Shown: piece by piece, positions 24,901 through 38,600 of the stretch | Numbering within the stretch: position 1 is the stretch's first letter | Layout of the letters: every line of letters begins with the position of its first letter | Assembly (NCBI GenBank): GCA_013265495.1 | Contig: MU058221.1 | Span: forward strand, 1,240,001 to 1,304,000 | Direction: 5' to 3' | Origin: Vicugna vicugna | Lineage: Eukaryota | DNA length: 64,000 bases | Program-made: the position numbers and the translations under genes | The notes under the pieces: generated by a model | The model's database searches: none | What the model saw: only the letters and a program-made list of their open reading frames with translations | What the model was told of the DNA's origin: nothing

Positions 24901-26539
24901 TGTTCTAAGTAAAGAAAAAAACCCCAAAAAACTATTCTTCCAAACATGTAACTTACAAAGGCTGTATTTGTCATACACGTACAGATCACTGGAAATAAAT
25001 CAAGTAGAGATAATGGTGAATGTATTTTCAATATTTCTTTTGCTAGAAAACTATACTGTTTGTCAGTAGATTTGAGCTAAGACCATGGCCTCAAATTTGT
25101 CTAAACAACGTGAATAACTTATGCTTTATTAGCAACCCCATTTTAATAGAACCTTGAATATTCCAGGAAAAGAGCCTGTGTTTAATCACAAGATAGCTGA
25201 TTTCACTAGTATATTCATTACAAATTAAAATTATTAGTTTAATGATACAAAATAAGTTTTCAAGGGACTTTGTTATTCAGGTCATATGTTTTATAAAATA
25301 ATAATAAACACCAAAAATATGATATTATCTCTTCAACAATCAAGACTAATGTATTCTGTACTAAACCAAAGTTAGTAAACCATCATCACTCCCTAGTTTT
25401 AAAATTATAAAAAAGAATAATAAAACGACTTAAAATCATAAACTCTACTCTCATAACTGTATACACACCTATGCACATATACATGCAAAAACCTTTTTAT
25501 TTAACAAAAATTAAGCATTCACATTTTTCCAGCCATTGTGTTAAGTCCACAAATAAAATTCAAGATTTAGGTATAATGCTCTTATTTTTAGAAAAGCAGT
25601 AAAGAAGGAAATAAAAATAAACAAAACAAACTGTAATAATATCAGTAACAAGTAAAAAACGGGAACTTTGGGAGAATTATAGTTAATGGAGTGACATTCC
25701 TAAAGACAGTTGAAAAATTGGCGGAGGCGTGAGAAACCACACGTCTCCCAGCCCATTACTTCGGAGGTATATTTTATTGCTGGAAATACTATGGGATTGA
25801 GAACCACAAAGAAAAGGAAACCACTTTCTTTACTGAAGCCCTAATTCACATGAAGTATATTAGAGTAATCTAGGCCAAGCTGCTAACCTCCACCGAGGCA
25901 ATACAGTTTTTAGAGTCTAGGGATTTTTGCTTTTTACTAAAAAGACTTTTTGTAATCCAGTGCGATTTTTTTGGCACAACGCTTGATCTGAAGACAGATC
26001 ATTTGACTGTTCCTTGCTAAATATTTAAAGAACCAATTCTGGTATTCAGTTGTGGCTATGAAATATAAGAGGATAATGACTTTCTTCATTGAACCTGAAT
26101 AGTGGACCATTGTTCTTTTCCTCTTTATCTTGTTCTAATATACATCAGGCATTACATGAATCTGGCACGTTTAGGAAAATAAAAAGTTACAGTCAGTGCT
26201 GAGAAGGATGTGGGAGTATGCTTTGGCATTCTAGTGGAATAGAATCCAACTCACAAATCTCCACTACTTGTCTTCTCTCAGTTAAAATGAGAAAGGATGA
26301 TTGTCTTAAAAATAGCACACAGAAAAGTGTGAAGAAGGAAAGAACTGAAATCACTTTGATGCCCCAATCCCATGAGCATGTGGATAAATGGATATATTTC
26401 CTTCTAGGATTAATGTATCTGTCTATCCACTGCCCTCTCTGTGAGAGTTAAAAGCCTCACATGTGGGAGCACAATGGATGTTTCATCTCTCACGTTCACC
26501 TGCCATGGGCTCTCTTTAGGATTTTCTATATATAATATC

Positions 26540-27403
26540 AACATCAACAGTCAACAAAACAGAAAGGCAACCTATAGAATGGGAGAAAATATTTGAAAAT
26601 CATTTATCTGATAAGGGGTTAATATCCAAAATATATAAAGAACTCATACAACTCAATAGCAAAATAACAACAAAGAAGTCCAAAAGCAAACAGAACAGTA
26701 CAATTAAAACTGGACAGAGGAACGAAGCATTTTTGCAGAGTATCAACAGGTCCATGAAAATGTGCCCAACTTGACTAACTATCAGAAGAATGCAAATAAA
26801 GCCGCAATGAGATATCACCAGGCACTTGTTAGAAGAGCCATCATCAAAATGACAAGTGACAGGTGTTGGAACAAACGTGGAGAAAAGAGAACCCTTGTGC
26901 GCTGTTGGTGAGAATGTAAATTGTTGCAGTTGCTGATGGAAAATCGTAGAGAAGTTTCTCAAAAAAATTAAAAATAGAATTAACATATGATCCAGCAATC
27001 CCACTTCTGGAGAGATATTTAAAGGAAATGAAATCAAGATCTTGAAGAGACATCTGGACTGCCATTTTCATTTCTTCATCATTCACAATAGCCAAGCTAT
27101 GGAAACTGCCTAAGTGTCTATCAGTATATTGAAAAAATTAAGTGTATATGCACAATGGACTATTATACAGCCATGAGAAAGAAAGCCTGCCACCTGCAAC
27201 AACATGGATAAAGTTTGATGGCATTATGCTAAGTGAATTAACAGGCAACAAAACACAAATACTTTGTGAAGTCACGTGTGGAATCTGAAAAAGTGAACTC
27301 ATAAAAACAGAGAGCAGAACAGTGGTTGGCGGAGGATGGGAGGTGGGGAAAGTGGGAAGTTTTTGGTCAAAGGGTACAAATTTCCAGTTATAAGATAAGT
27401 AAT
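26540..27403 (+). mobile_element. L1 ORF2 C-terminus and 3'UTR fragment (L1MA-like)
   Basis: 'aaaaggcaacctatagaatgggagaaaatatttg...tgatccagcaatcccacttctgg...agggtacaaatttccagttataagat' are canonical L1 motifs. ORF2 is frameshifted. Confidence 0.9.
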
Positions 27404-27499
27404 ACAGATTTATCTCTCTGTATAAAATCTCAGTCTTCTCTCCCCACTATCCTTTTCACTGTCATTCTTTGTAGGTAGCCCATTATTTTCCTTAAATCT

Positions 27500-28600
27500 A
27501 AGTAGATATATTCATCTATTCACCTTTCTTTTTATTTTTCACCCCCACCAAGTAGCATATTTGATTTGCTCAGTGGCATCTGTCTTTTTTTTTTCCACTT
27601 AATACATATTTTAAAGCTACAGTGCAAATTCTGGAGAGTATGATTTATGGATCAAGTGGTAAATACACATACAGTTTTGATGGGTATTGCCTTCCCAGGG
27701 GTTACGCCCTTTCACAGTCTCAGGAGCAGTAATAATGTGATGCATCCTTTCCCCGCAGCTTGGCCAGCAGCATGTGTGGTCACGCCTTTGAATTCTGTCA
27801 CTCTAACAAATGACACACTGTGACTAAGCATAGTTTAAATTTGCATTTCATGTATGAGTAAACTCAAATGTATTTTCTTATGTATTAGAATGATTCATCG
27901 TTTTTGGGCGTTTGCAAATTAACTTTGAGTCTTTTATTTATATCACATTCAGTTTTTAGTCTTTTCTTCCCCCTCAATGTTGTTAGAGATTTATTTTTTG
28001 ATAAGGTTATGGGCCCATTTAATTCTGTGGTATATGTTGTGAATGTTCTTACCCAGGTGGCCATTGTCTTTGATGCTGCTAACACTGTTTTACAATGGAA
28101 TTATTTTAAAATTGTGTGTATCAGATTTGTTAACTATTTTTATTGCTGCATCTGAATTTTGAGACAGTTGGAAAATATTTATGCATAAGCAGACTTTAAT
28201 GGAATTTATAATGTTTTTTTCTAGTATGTTTATATTGCCCACTTCTACATTTAGATCTTATCCATTGCCTTACTGGTATATTTTAACAAATGATTTTATC
28301 CTTCTATATGACTGTCTAATTCTACCATTATCATTTATTAATAAGCTTAATTTGACCCCAGCAATTCGGAACATGGCCTTTATGGTATACTAAAGTTTCA
28401 CATCTTTAGTATGCTCTGGACTTTCTGTTTCTACCCTACCTGATTGTTTATGCATCCACCTGCATTACACTTTTTAAATTTTAGACACTCTATGTTTTAA
28501 TATCTGATTGAGTTAATCCACCCAATATTATTAAGTTTATCCTTAAATATTTTACTTTTTGTGGCCATGGTAAATAAGCTCCCCTTTTCCATTATATATT
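27500..28600 (-). mobile_element. Ancient L1 fragments
   Basis: Decayed antisense L1 ORF2-like T-rich sequence ('ttaaatttgcatttc', 'ttctacatttagatcttatccatt'). Confidence 0.45.
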
Positions 28601-30237
28601 TTTAGTTTTGCATGCTGATATTACATTTTGCCAAATTAGTGAATTGTTTTCTGTTTTCAGTTAATATATATGAACAACCCAAAGGAATTAGTAAGAAAAA
28701 TATCATATCACTAATAATGTATAATGTTATTCATTCTATTACAACTTCTAGGCCGACAAATATCCTTTTCTTAATTGCATTTCCTAATTGTATTCCTTTT
28801 CTAAAGGTTTCCCCATTAGTGATAATACTGATTTTTGGAAAGGTTGTATCTCAGATTCTTACCACATAGATTCTGCTCCCTGCCCTTCTACATGTCCCTG
28901 ACGTTTATCAGTAGGAAAACTCTTTGCTTTTATAGAGAAGTAAATAATCTTTAATTTGTCTGTCCATTCATATTTTAATCTTGTGAAGAACAAAGACTAC
29001 AATGATTATCTTTGTAACTTTTCTCCTTATTGCATGGAACATTATTTTCAAGGAATAAGCTCTTTAAATGATCTAGACTCATTAACTTATACAATGTGTA
29101 ATTCTTTAAAAAAAAAAGGCCAATAATGCCTAAAAAGTAGGAATATTACAGAAAAATATTGGAAAGATTTTTGTCAGTTGTCAATTGGATAAACAAGAGT
29201 CTACATAATATGATTTTCAAGTACAGTAATTTTTATACATCTGAAAATATCTATCCAGAAAATGTGCACACTATCACATCCCACTCTGAGAAATGTATAA
29301 TTTCTTATCAAAGCCAAAGACCCATGGATCCCCATGTGCACCTCAGTTTATGAGAAAAGGTAATAACTGTTCAATATTAAAATTAGGCCACCAACATGGT
29401 TCTTACAGACTATTCCTTTTTTCTGAGGTAATTACATCTTTAAGATATCAATAAATTATTTATATCAAACTGGTTTTCAGGAACAGTGTTAATGTTCTGT
29501 TTGTTTCGTTTACTGGGTTGGGTTGTGTTTTCCCTGTTGTAACAAAATTTTGATACGAGGAGACGCTTAGAGGAACTGAGCATTCTGAGACCAGGAAGGA
29601 CAAAGTCGCGGAGGATGCTCAAGTCCTTGGGAAAAACTAAGCATGTCTCCACTGATGAGTTAACATTTCGTTCAGGAGATATTTATCTATGAATTGAGTG
29701 AATTGGAAAGAGTAAGCCTAAAGCATTCTCTGAATGAATACCAGGATCAGCTTTGCTACAGGGCTCACGGTTAATACAAACAGTAATGCCTTTCAGTATC
29801 ACTGCGGTATGTGACTGCGGTGTTTATTAGTCCCTCCCTAAACCACATCTTTCCCTGTTTAACTTTCCTGTCTGTTAAAAATCAGTGCTAGAACGAGGAA
29901 ATTCTGTTCAAAAGGATGAGAAATTTTGTTCAATTTCCTCTTTTAATTCTATGAACAACATCTGTGTTTGTGTGATCAGATCATTTTGTTTCTTGCTGTT
30001 GACCTGCAAGAAAAGGTGGGAAACCTGCAAGACCTTGGTAGAAGGATGATTCTTCAAGTGAGGATACCCCCGCCAAAAAAAAAAAAAAAAAAGAAGTAGT
30101 TTTTATTACAGAGTTAAGTTTTGCATTATCTTTAGCTTTTGGCAACACCAAATACGATGTTAGCATTTAGAAAATCCTAAGCATGCTTAGACTGAGACAC
30201 TGAATTAATTTGTGTTTGCTGATAAGTATGGTCTCAC

Positions 30238-30585
30238 TGAAGGGGCCAAACCCAAGAAGGGACTGGCAAGACCTCCCAGGCAGGGCCACTGCCTTCCCAC
30301 TTTTGCGCTTCTGTAAAACGGCTTGCTTCTAGGGAAATGAAACTTACCCCTAAGAGTCCATTGGTTTCCAAAAGGTCATTCCTGATTGGTCCATTTCTAA
30401 CACCTCATTTGCATATGGTGCAAACTTAATCGAAATCTAAAACCCATAAAAGCCTGTGTAAACCTACAGAGGGGGTTGAGAGCTTGGAGTGTTAACTCCT
30501 CTGGGCCCGCCAGCGTAGTGAACCTGAGTTCTCCAACCCTCTGAGTGCCGCTTGTTCTCTTGATGGGATTCAGGTTGCTGTGACA
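30238..30585 (+). mobile_element. ERV1-class solo LTR, same family as 1592-2172, copy B (short form)
   Basis: TG...CA ends (tgaaggggcc...gctgtgaca) with a near-TSD, tcac/tcat. Shares 'cccaggcagggccact', 'aacttacccctaaga' and 'agagcttggagtgttaactcctctggg' with copy A. Confidence 0.85.
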
Positions 30586-33500
30586 TCATCATATTGGCTT
30601 TTTTTGTTCTAGTTTTTAACAGTGAAATGAAAATAGGATAAAAAAATTCTGGAATCTCTAATCCTTGATGGTATAGCAATCTACATAGTTGTATAGTTCA
30701 GTGATGTAAAGGAGTAAGGGGACAAAAGGAATGATGTCATTACTAGTGCAAGGGAAGTATAAGCATTTTGAAATATTTTTTATGGACCATAAATTCAAAC
30801 ATACAACTTCTTCCTCACCATTAATTCCCTCATCTGCCCTTGCCACACACTTGGAAAATGCACATAGAGAAGCAAAATGAATGATATAGTGAGAACCATT
30901 TTGAGAAATAGAAGAGAAAATTGTTTATGTGTTTAGGGGTGAGATAGTTGAAAGGTCAGTTATGTAATAGAAAATTCATTTCAGGACTAGAAAGTTTAGT
31001 AGCCTGGAAAAATTCCCTGTTGAAATAAATAGCCATATTCTTCCAAAGAGCAGCCTGTCAAAATCGAAGAGCAATTTACAGCTGCACACCGGCCGAGCTC
31101 TGGGAGGAGGGGGTGCTCCTTGACAACTTGCCACTGAAAAAATGAACCAGAGGAATTCAAGCTGGTTTTAGATCTCCATTTTTTTTTTTAAGACACATGG
31201 GCGATTGGTACATATTTCTTATTCTGCAACAAGTTTTTGAACATCTTGGGAATACAAATGTCCAAATAATAAATTGGTTGGCAATTTAGAGACAGCAGAA
31301 ATCTATGGACATACAACATATAGATTTATTATTTGGTTTATATTCAAAACTGTCAGTAAAACAAAGTGACCTTTCTGATTTCTCTATATTAATCTGAATT
31401 CAGACTATTAAAAAGAAATATATATTTTATTCACAGCACTTGCTGAATTCCTCAGAGCATTTTGTATAAATACAAGTCAAAGTCCAAGTAATGTCTTTAT
31501 ATTTAATCATGTTTATGCTCTACATTAAGTAACTGTTCCTTTTTAGAATTCATAATTGAAAAATGGAATATGATGAAATTTAGACCCATCGGTATTCTTA
31601 ACATGCTGGTAACAATTACCTGTTTATTGTGAGCTAATAAAACCAGAATAAATAGAAACATAGATCTGACTTTTACTTTCTGGCATAAATTAACAAAAAA
31701 AAAATCTAAGTTTAAAACTTTCAAAAATCAAATATCAATATAGATAAAAATGATAATGTCTCTTTTCTTTAAAAAGGTTGTTTTAGGTTGAGTATATTAT
31801 TTTCCTCACTGAGAATTAAGACAAATAGATAAGGGAAGCATGCCCTTGTTTGTTAACACAGCACTGTTTTTTCTTATATTTTCATCTCTGTAAAAGGTAT
31901 TAAATGCTAGATATTGGTGTCTCTAGCTTTGTTTTGTAATGTAATGGCTTTTCTAAATTATTCATGAAAGACTAGGAATGTGTTTTATACCTGGGTACCC
32001 TTAACTTTTTGATTTCCTTTTGAATTCACGACCAATACAATACTGAAGACAACGCAGTTACCTAAACTCACCAGTGTTTCCATTTCCCAGCAGATGATGC
32101 CCGTCCAGAATCGCCAGTGCTCTTGATTGATGGGCCAGGCACTTTACTCAAGAGATTCCCAAATATGGGAATCATCAGCAGTAAATACAGACAGATGGAA
32201 GCCATGTGGTCTAGAGATTTCATGTCATAATGTCGGTCTGAATATATTTTCCCAGATAATCCTTCGAGCTCACCGGAATTCTGCTCTGAATCTTCTGACT
32301 TATTTCTTCTTCCCTCACACATTTCACTTCTGTAAATCCACTACAGCATTTGTGTTGGTGATTTGTTTTTTGATCACACAAGAGATATGAATCCTTCCGC
32401 TTTTGCTAGTAGAGCATAATGCTTCATCTTCCTCTTGACAAGTAGGTGCTTTTCAAATAGATCAAAGTAAGCAATTGTGGAATTGGCAATTAAATGTCTA
32501 ATTGATGAACATGATTAAAATTTTTGTTACTTAGGTCTCAGTGCAAATATTTTGCATTTTGTAATAAAACTAGTGTATTTTCCCCCCGAGGATTTCAGGT
32601 TGGCCTGCTAAATGCACATTTTAAGTTGTTTAGGACTTCTGAGCTTTCTCTTCATTTCTGATTTGGATTGTAGTTTGTGACGGTTAACAAACCACTCGTA
32701 TTTTTAGGATTTTCTAAATATCTTGTTAGACCATTCTCTCCATTCATCATTTCCTTGAAATTGCTCAAGAAAGGAGAACTAAGAGTGAAGTTTTAGCAGC
32801 GTTAGGCACGATTCACCCACTCTCCATGAATATAAAGCAAATATCATGAATAAGACAACTTGAATTATGATAAAATGTAAAAGCTGAGAGTTGCCATCCT
32901 TGCTCTGCGTTGGTAGATTCATGGCTGTTTTCTGCTGCAATGTCATAAACACTTCCTGTTCTCTGCAGATCATGTATGAGAGGTGAGGACGAACACTCAC
33001 AGTCTTTTGGGTCTAACTGTTCAACTGGCAGGAGAGGGCTCACTGGCCTGACTGATCCAGCAGATAATCATAATGGGAAAGAGGAAGCAGCTTTTCTGCA
33101 TTTGCAGAGTGAGTTAAAGGCCTCTGCAGACACCAGATGTGTGTCTATGATCACAGCCTTAAATGAAAGCTTAGAGAAGGGGTAAAGACAAAGGCAAGGA
33201 AAGGTATCCAGTGGGCACCGCCATGCAAAGACACACTCCCCGGACAAGACTGTAGCTTCCAAATGCTTCCTTTTTTCTTGCATAATTTAAATACGATGAT
33301 AAAAATGGTATAAATCTTTTTGAAAAGGTTAAGAAAATCACCTAATCATCTATCCCAAGTGAAACTATAATTTCATATTTCCTATCTGTCCCATTTTTCC
33401 ATAACATCAGAGAAAAACACTTTAGTTTGAGTTCTACATTTTCATAAGCAAGACATCATAACCATTTCCCTTCTTCTACAATGCTTATATTTATAATTTT

Positions 33501-33638
33501 AATGCTCAAAAAATGTTTTAAATCAGAATACCCCCACATGTATCTAGCCATTATATTATGATTTGTATTTTTAATTGATCTAAATTTTGTTTTTAAAATT
33601 TAGTTATTTCAAAATAGTGTCTACAAGTTTTTATTTTA

Positions 33639-33803
33639 TATCTTTTTTCTTTTTTGTTTCTCTCTTTTCTCTTTTTGTGGTGGGGGAAGGGAGGTAAGTA
33701 GGTTCATTTTATTTATTTTTAATGGAGGGACGGGCTGGGGATTGAACCTGGGACTTTGTGCACGGTAGGCACGCGCTGTACTGCTGAGCTATACCCTCCC
33801 CAC
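33639..33803 (-). mobile_element. tRNA-derived SINE, camelid Vic-1 type
   Basis: Reverse strand reads 'ggggagggtatagctcagcag...ggttcaatccccag...attaaaaataaataaaa'. 18-bp TSD ctacaagttttt(a/g)tttta at 33621-33638 and 33804-33821. Confidence 0.9.
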
Positions 33804-36800
33804 CTACAAGTTTTTGTTTTAACGTAATAAATGTGCACATAATTAGCAAGACAAATTCAAATATCAAATAATTAAGAAACACCCTTGTTCTTATCATCTG
33901 TAATAACAATAGGCTAGTTCTAGTCTTACATTACATTTTAAAAGTAAAGCAATTTTCTCTGTTTCTGTATTGAGTGGTCCTATTTAATAAGCCACGTATC
34001 CTGGCTTATTATTTACAATGGTGAGGTTTAGATGAAAATAAAGTTATAAGACAAAAGAAAATTGAATTCAGATATTCAGCTGTAACTGTCTTTGCAAATC
34101 CACCTCTGAGTTGTAAGAATTAAGTGGAAAGAATTAAGTCAAAGTCTCAGTAAAATAATGGGATCTAAGTAAAAGTTATTCATGATTGACGTATAGACAT
34201 TTTGTTTAAAAATGAATGAAGTATTTGCTACCATTATAATTATTTCCATTAAGAGTCTACATTGGATTTCTTTGTTTTTTCTTTTGCTGCTCATGTACAC
34301 TTTTAGGAATGTGCACCTTCACTTGAGAACACACCTTGATTACAGCTCCTGTGACCTCTGTGCACTCTCCCTCCATTACATCCTCTCATCTCCATTCATG
34401 TGTGTCATCTGCTGGTCTAAGTTAGACTCCCTCCTTGCTTCTCCCTGCTACCTCCATATTCATTCTCCACTTTTACATCCTAAACCTCCAGCTCATTCAA
34501 AGCTCGTGCTTCTGTTTATTTTCGCCTTCCCAGGAGTTGGCAGCTATTTCAACCTCATTTCTTGAAGGTCTCATCACCTGACTCAATTTTTCTTCACCAA
34601 CATGGTGCTAACCTCCTTCCGTTAACGAGCATCAGCCACTGGACTCTGCCTGCTGTCTAGCGTTTCTTTGGGAAACAATTAATGGCGCATCTTTGTTTAT
34701 CCCCGCTTGGTCCGTGGCTTCTATGAGATAATGCATTTTTAAAATGTTCCAACTTTAAAATTCTCTCCGTTGATACCTCAGAGGCAGCGATGAGTAAGAT
34801 GATGAATAACACTGTTACGGGCCCCCGGAATCAATATGAGTTTGGTGGCTTGCCTAATCTCGTCACAAAGAGGGAAACTAAACGTAAATTGTGGTCGTTT
34901 ATGTCCAGTAAAATATGGAATCTTGTTTTCTCTATTTAATACTAAAAGGAAGTTACTGGAATTTTCTAATTGAATTCAAAAATTCCTTACAAACTAAAAC
35001 TTTAAAGAATTGATGACTTGAACTCATTTGAAATGTTGAATTAAAACTATTATTATAATAGGAAAGACACTGTTGCCAGAGTAATATTCTTCATGCTGGT
35101 GACAGTGATGGATATACTTTATCTTTCAGATCAGGTTAATTCACTTTGTTTCTCCTAATATGCTCCTTCAGTGGAATGTTCTGCCCATTTGAGCACGGTG
35201 AGCAAGAAACATTAAATGAAAACTCCGTATAACAGTGTGGCGATGAAAGTATGAGAAACTAGTTATGGATCATGTCTACGTGATGCTCAATAAGTCATGT
35301 AGAATGAACAGCTACTAGTCTTTGAATCTGAAATTTTATATTGTATTTACTATGTACTAATTCCAATTTCCATTTACTAGTTCTAAATGAATACAGCTGA
35401 GATTTAAATACAGATGCACACACATACAACACACGCATATGCACGCAGGACAGGGAGAGACTGAGAGACAGAGAGATTCCGAAGTAAAGGAGCACATAAT
35501 TAATAAACGTTTAACGGGTTAAGTGTCTTGCTGAGAGATTACCAAAGTGGCAGCATTAGAACACAGAACTGAGCCGGCATTTTTGGTCTTATCACTGGAG
35601 TTCTGTACAGTTTACCACAGCTGTAACCTAGGATTTTTGTCATTTTTTTTTTTACGACTTTCTTTTCTCTGCATAAGAGTCAGCTGATTGGCCCCAACAT
35701 GGATTCAATTCTATCTCAGTAAGTGAGACAATTATGACAGAGGAAGAGCAGTGAGAGTCAGATTCAACACTGTGTTTGTGCTTGGATTCAATCAGCTGCC
35801 AACCTGACCTTCCGTCTGGAGTGGGAGGGAGACACCCCTGGAGCCGCACTTCTTACTCAGCAGTGCGGTGTGAGCATGTCCCTTGCTTATAAGTGTCTTT
35901 CGGTGATGGGACATGTCACGTTCCATCACTTTCCATCTAATACCATAAAATAAATAGGACTGGTTTTGTTTAGAAGACTGTAAATGAAACACAGTTCCGT
36001 GTACACTGCTGCTCGTGGACTTGTGCACACATTGCTTACTTTTACCTTAAGCAGTAGCAGCATTCAGTAGTTACACGGCTGTGTGAAGAAACACGAGGAA
36101 GGCACAGGTCTTAGGTCTTCCTATGCTTTCCCAAATTTTTTCGTCGGCACACATGCATATGTATTGATGCACTAGTGGAAGTACACATACAAACATAGAT
36201 TTTTTTTTCACATTTCCTATTTTACGTTGCTACCAGCTGCAAAGAATTTTCATTTTGTTTACTCTGAGCATCCAGAATATTGTCTTTTAAAACAAACAAA
36301 TTATCACAGGCCAATTTATAGACTTAAATTTCCGACTCATTATTTAATTAGCCATTCCATGGATCACAACTAACGTTTGTTGTTTTATTTGTTTTGTTTT
36401 TTTACACCTCTGTTGGCCTCTTAAATTTCCTTTAGTGTTAGCTTCAAAGAAGGAAACAATTAAATGCAAAAAACAGAATGGAGGACAAGAATCATGACAA
36501 TTTTTGTTCCATTTGTTTGCTGATCAAGTTTCATGTCACACTATGAATGAATTTTTTAAAATTTGAATTACATAGCATTGATCTTTCTTTTCATGATATT
36601 ATATAACATTTCATAACATAATTTTTTAGTGTTTAACATTTCATTTGATGTATATAAGAAGTTGATGGACCCACAGACTTCATATATTAGTAAGATAACA
36701 TGGGAAAAATATTTAGCAGGTGAATATCAATAAGTATCAGCTTTATATTATTATCTCTATTCAAAAATGTTACTTGCTTTTGACATTTTAAAATAAATCT

Positions 36801-37249
36801 CATGTATCTAAATATTAATTTATATTCTTTATATCAAAACTAAGCATTTTCACTGAAAATTTTAATTCCCTTAAAATTATTTGGGGTATGACTTTAATAA
36901 GTTATCAGTTTATTAAATAAACCCTATACATTTCTGGAATAATGTGTCTTTAATCAAATTTGGAAAGCTACATTAATTGTATTTCCAATATCTATTTTTG
37001 GATAATTTTTAGACTTTTTTTCCCCATTATTAATCTCTGTAGGACTAGTGTAACTATGATCTAATGTTTGTGGTTTTAATGCATGTCTACATGTGCGCAG
37101 ATCTCCACACATCTTGGTTAAACAAAGTTTAAATGAAATGTTTTTCTTTTGTGAATTAGCAATGTGTTTACAGTATTGACTCCTGACACTCATTTCCCTT
37201 CTCGCTTGTTATTTGCCAGTGTTCCTCCCTCATTTTCAATAATTTCGGA

Positions 37250-38600
37250 TATGTAGTTTTAGATCTAGATTTGCATTCAGAAGCATTCTTCTTATTCTTT
37301 TGACGACTGGGTAGCCAGCCTTCTGTCGTACGGCTGCGTTAGGACTTGTTCAGCTGTCTTCTATTGTTGAGTATATCTTACATTTAATGTTTCCTTCAAT
37401 TATTAATAAGCTCAATAAATAATGCCAAGCAGTTGTCCAAGTGTATTAGAAGCTTAAACAGTACAAATGAGTTTGCGGGCTCAGCGTCTGCACACATGTG
37501 AAATCTGAGTGAGCTCACTAACGAGTTCTAATTCCACAACCAGCATTCAGTGTCCCGTTTCCCTACATCCTTGTCAAGAGAATGTTATTAAACTTTTTAA
37601 AATTTGGCGATGTTGGCAGTAAAAGTGGTATCGTTGTAAAATTGCTTTGTGATTCTTTTTTAAAAATAAGATAGATTATATTTAATATGTTTATTGTTTT
37701 CAATTTGATATCAGTATAACGTGGGTTCAGATCCATTTGTCTACAGGACTATTGTTCTTTTTCTATTGATTTTTATCAAGCATCTCTATCCATTTTGAGA
37801 TTTATTTATTATGGAGTTTGATAAAAATTGCACATGTTTTTTTCTAGTTTTCAATTATGTCTTTCTAGGATGTGCTGATATGTTTTCTGTTTTTATAACA
37901 AAATTTTGAAATTATGTTCTTAAATAGTTTCTTATTTAGAGCGTATCTTGTATAAAAGCATTATTCAAGTATTTTTTAGATTTTATGTTTTTTTATGTTG
38001 TTACACATGCAAGTCTTTGATCCATTTGACGCTTATGGTCATATATAATGTGAGTAAGCTTCTAAATTTATGGTTTTCCAGATGGCTACGGATTTATTCC
38101 AACATTATTGAAAGTTATCTATTTTCATCAAAGAATTGAAATATCACATCCTGCTACATTGTCATTTTTCTAGATTTTCTTTATTACTCACATTTATCTT
38201 CCTGTTTATATACCAATACCACTTTTGATGTGTATACTTTTTAATAGCAACTAAGACAAGCTAGCCCGCATTTGTCTTCCATTTAGTTCTTTCTCACCGC
38301 TTTTACAAGATCTTTTCCAACATTGAATCATGTCCAGCCTTTCCATCCTCACTATCACCATAAAAACAGTTGCTATTTGTATTGGTTATTCCTAAATATA
38401 TTATCCTAACTTCTCCTATAAATTCTACCTGGTTGTTCTTTGTATATAATGTCATAATAATTCATATCCATTTTAATACTGTGAATGAAATTTATTCTAA
38501 TTTTTTGTGGTCATTGATGTTAGGATGAATGAATACTGATTATTTCTAGTCACAGTACTTGTCATTTTTGTACCATTGGTTGTTTTAGTTTTTTAAGTTA
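37250..38600 (-). mobile_element. Ancient L1 (L1ME-like) fragments
   Basis: Antisense L1 motifs ('ccgtttccctacatccttgtcaa', 'aagtctttgatccatttga', 'ataccaataccac'). Confidence 0.5.

Noticed and set aside
26600..27095. 145-aa and 83-aa minus-strand ORFs
   Set aside because: They are antisense frames of a decayed L1 ORF2.
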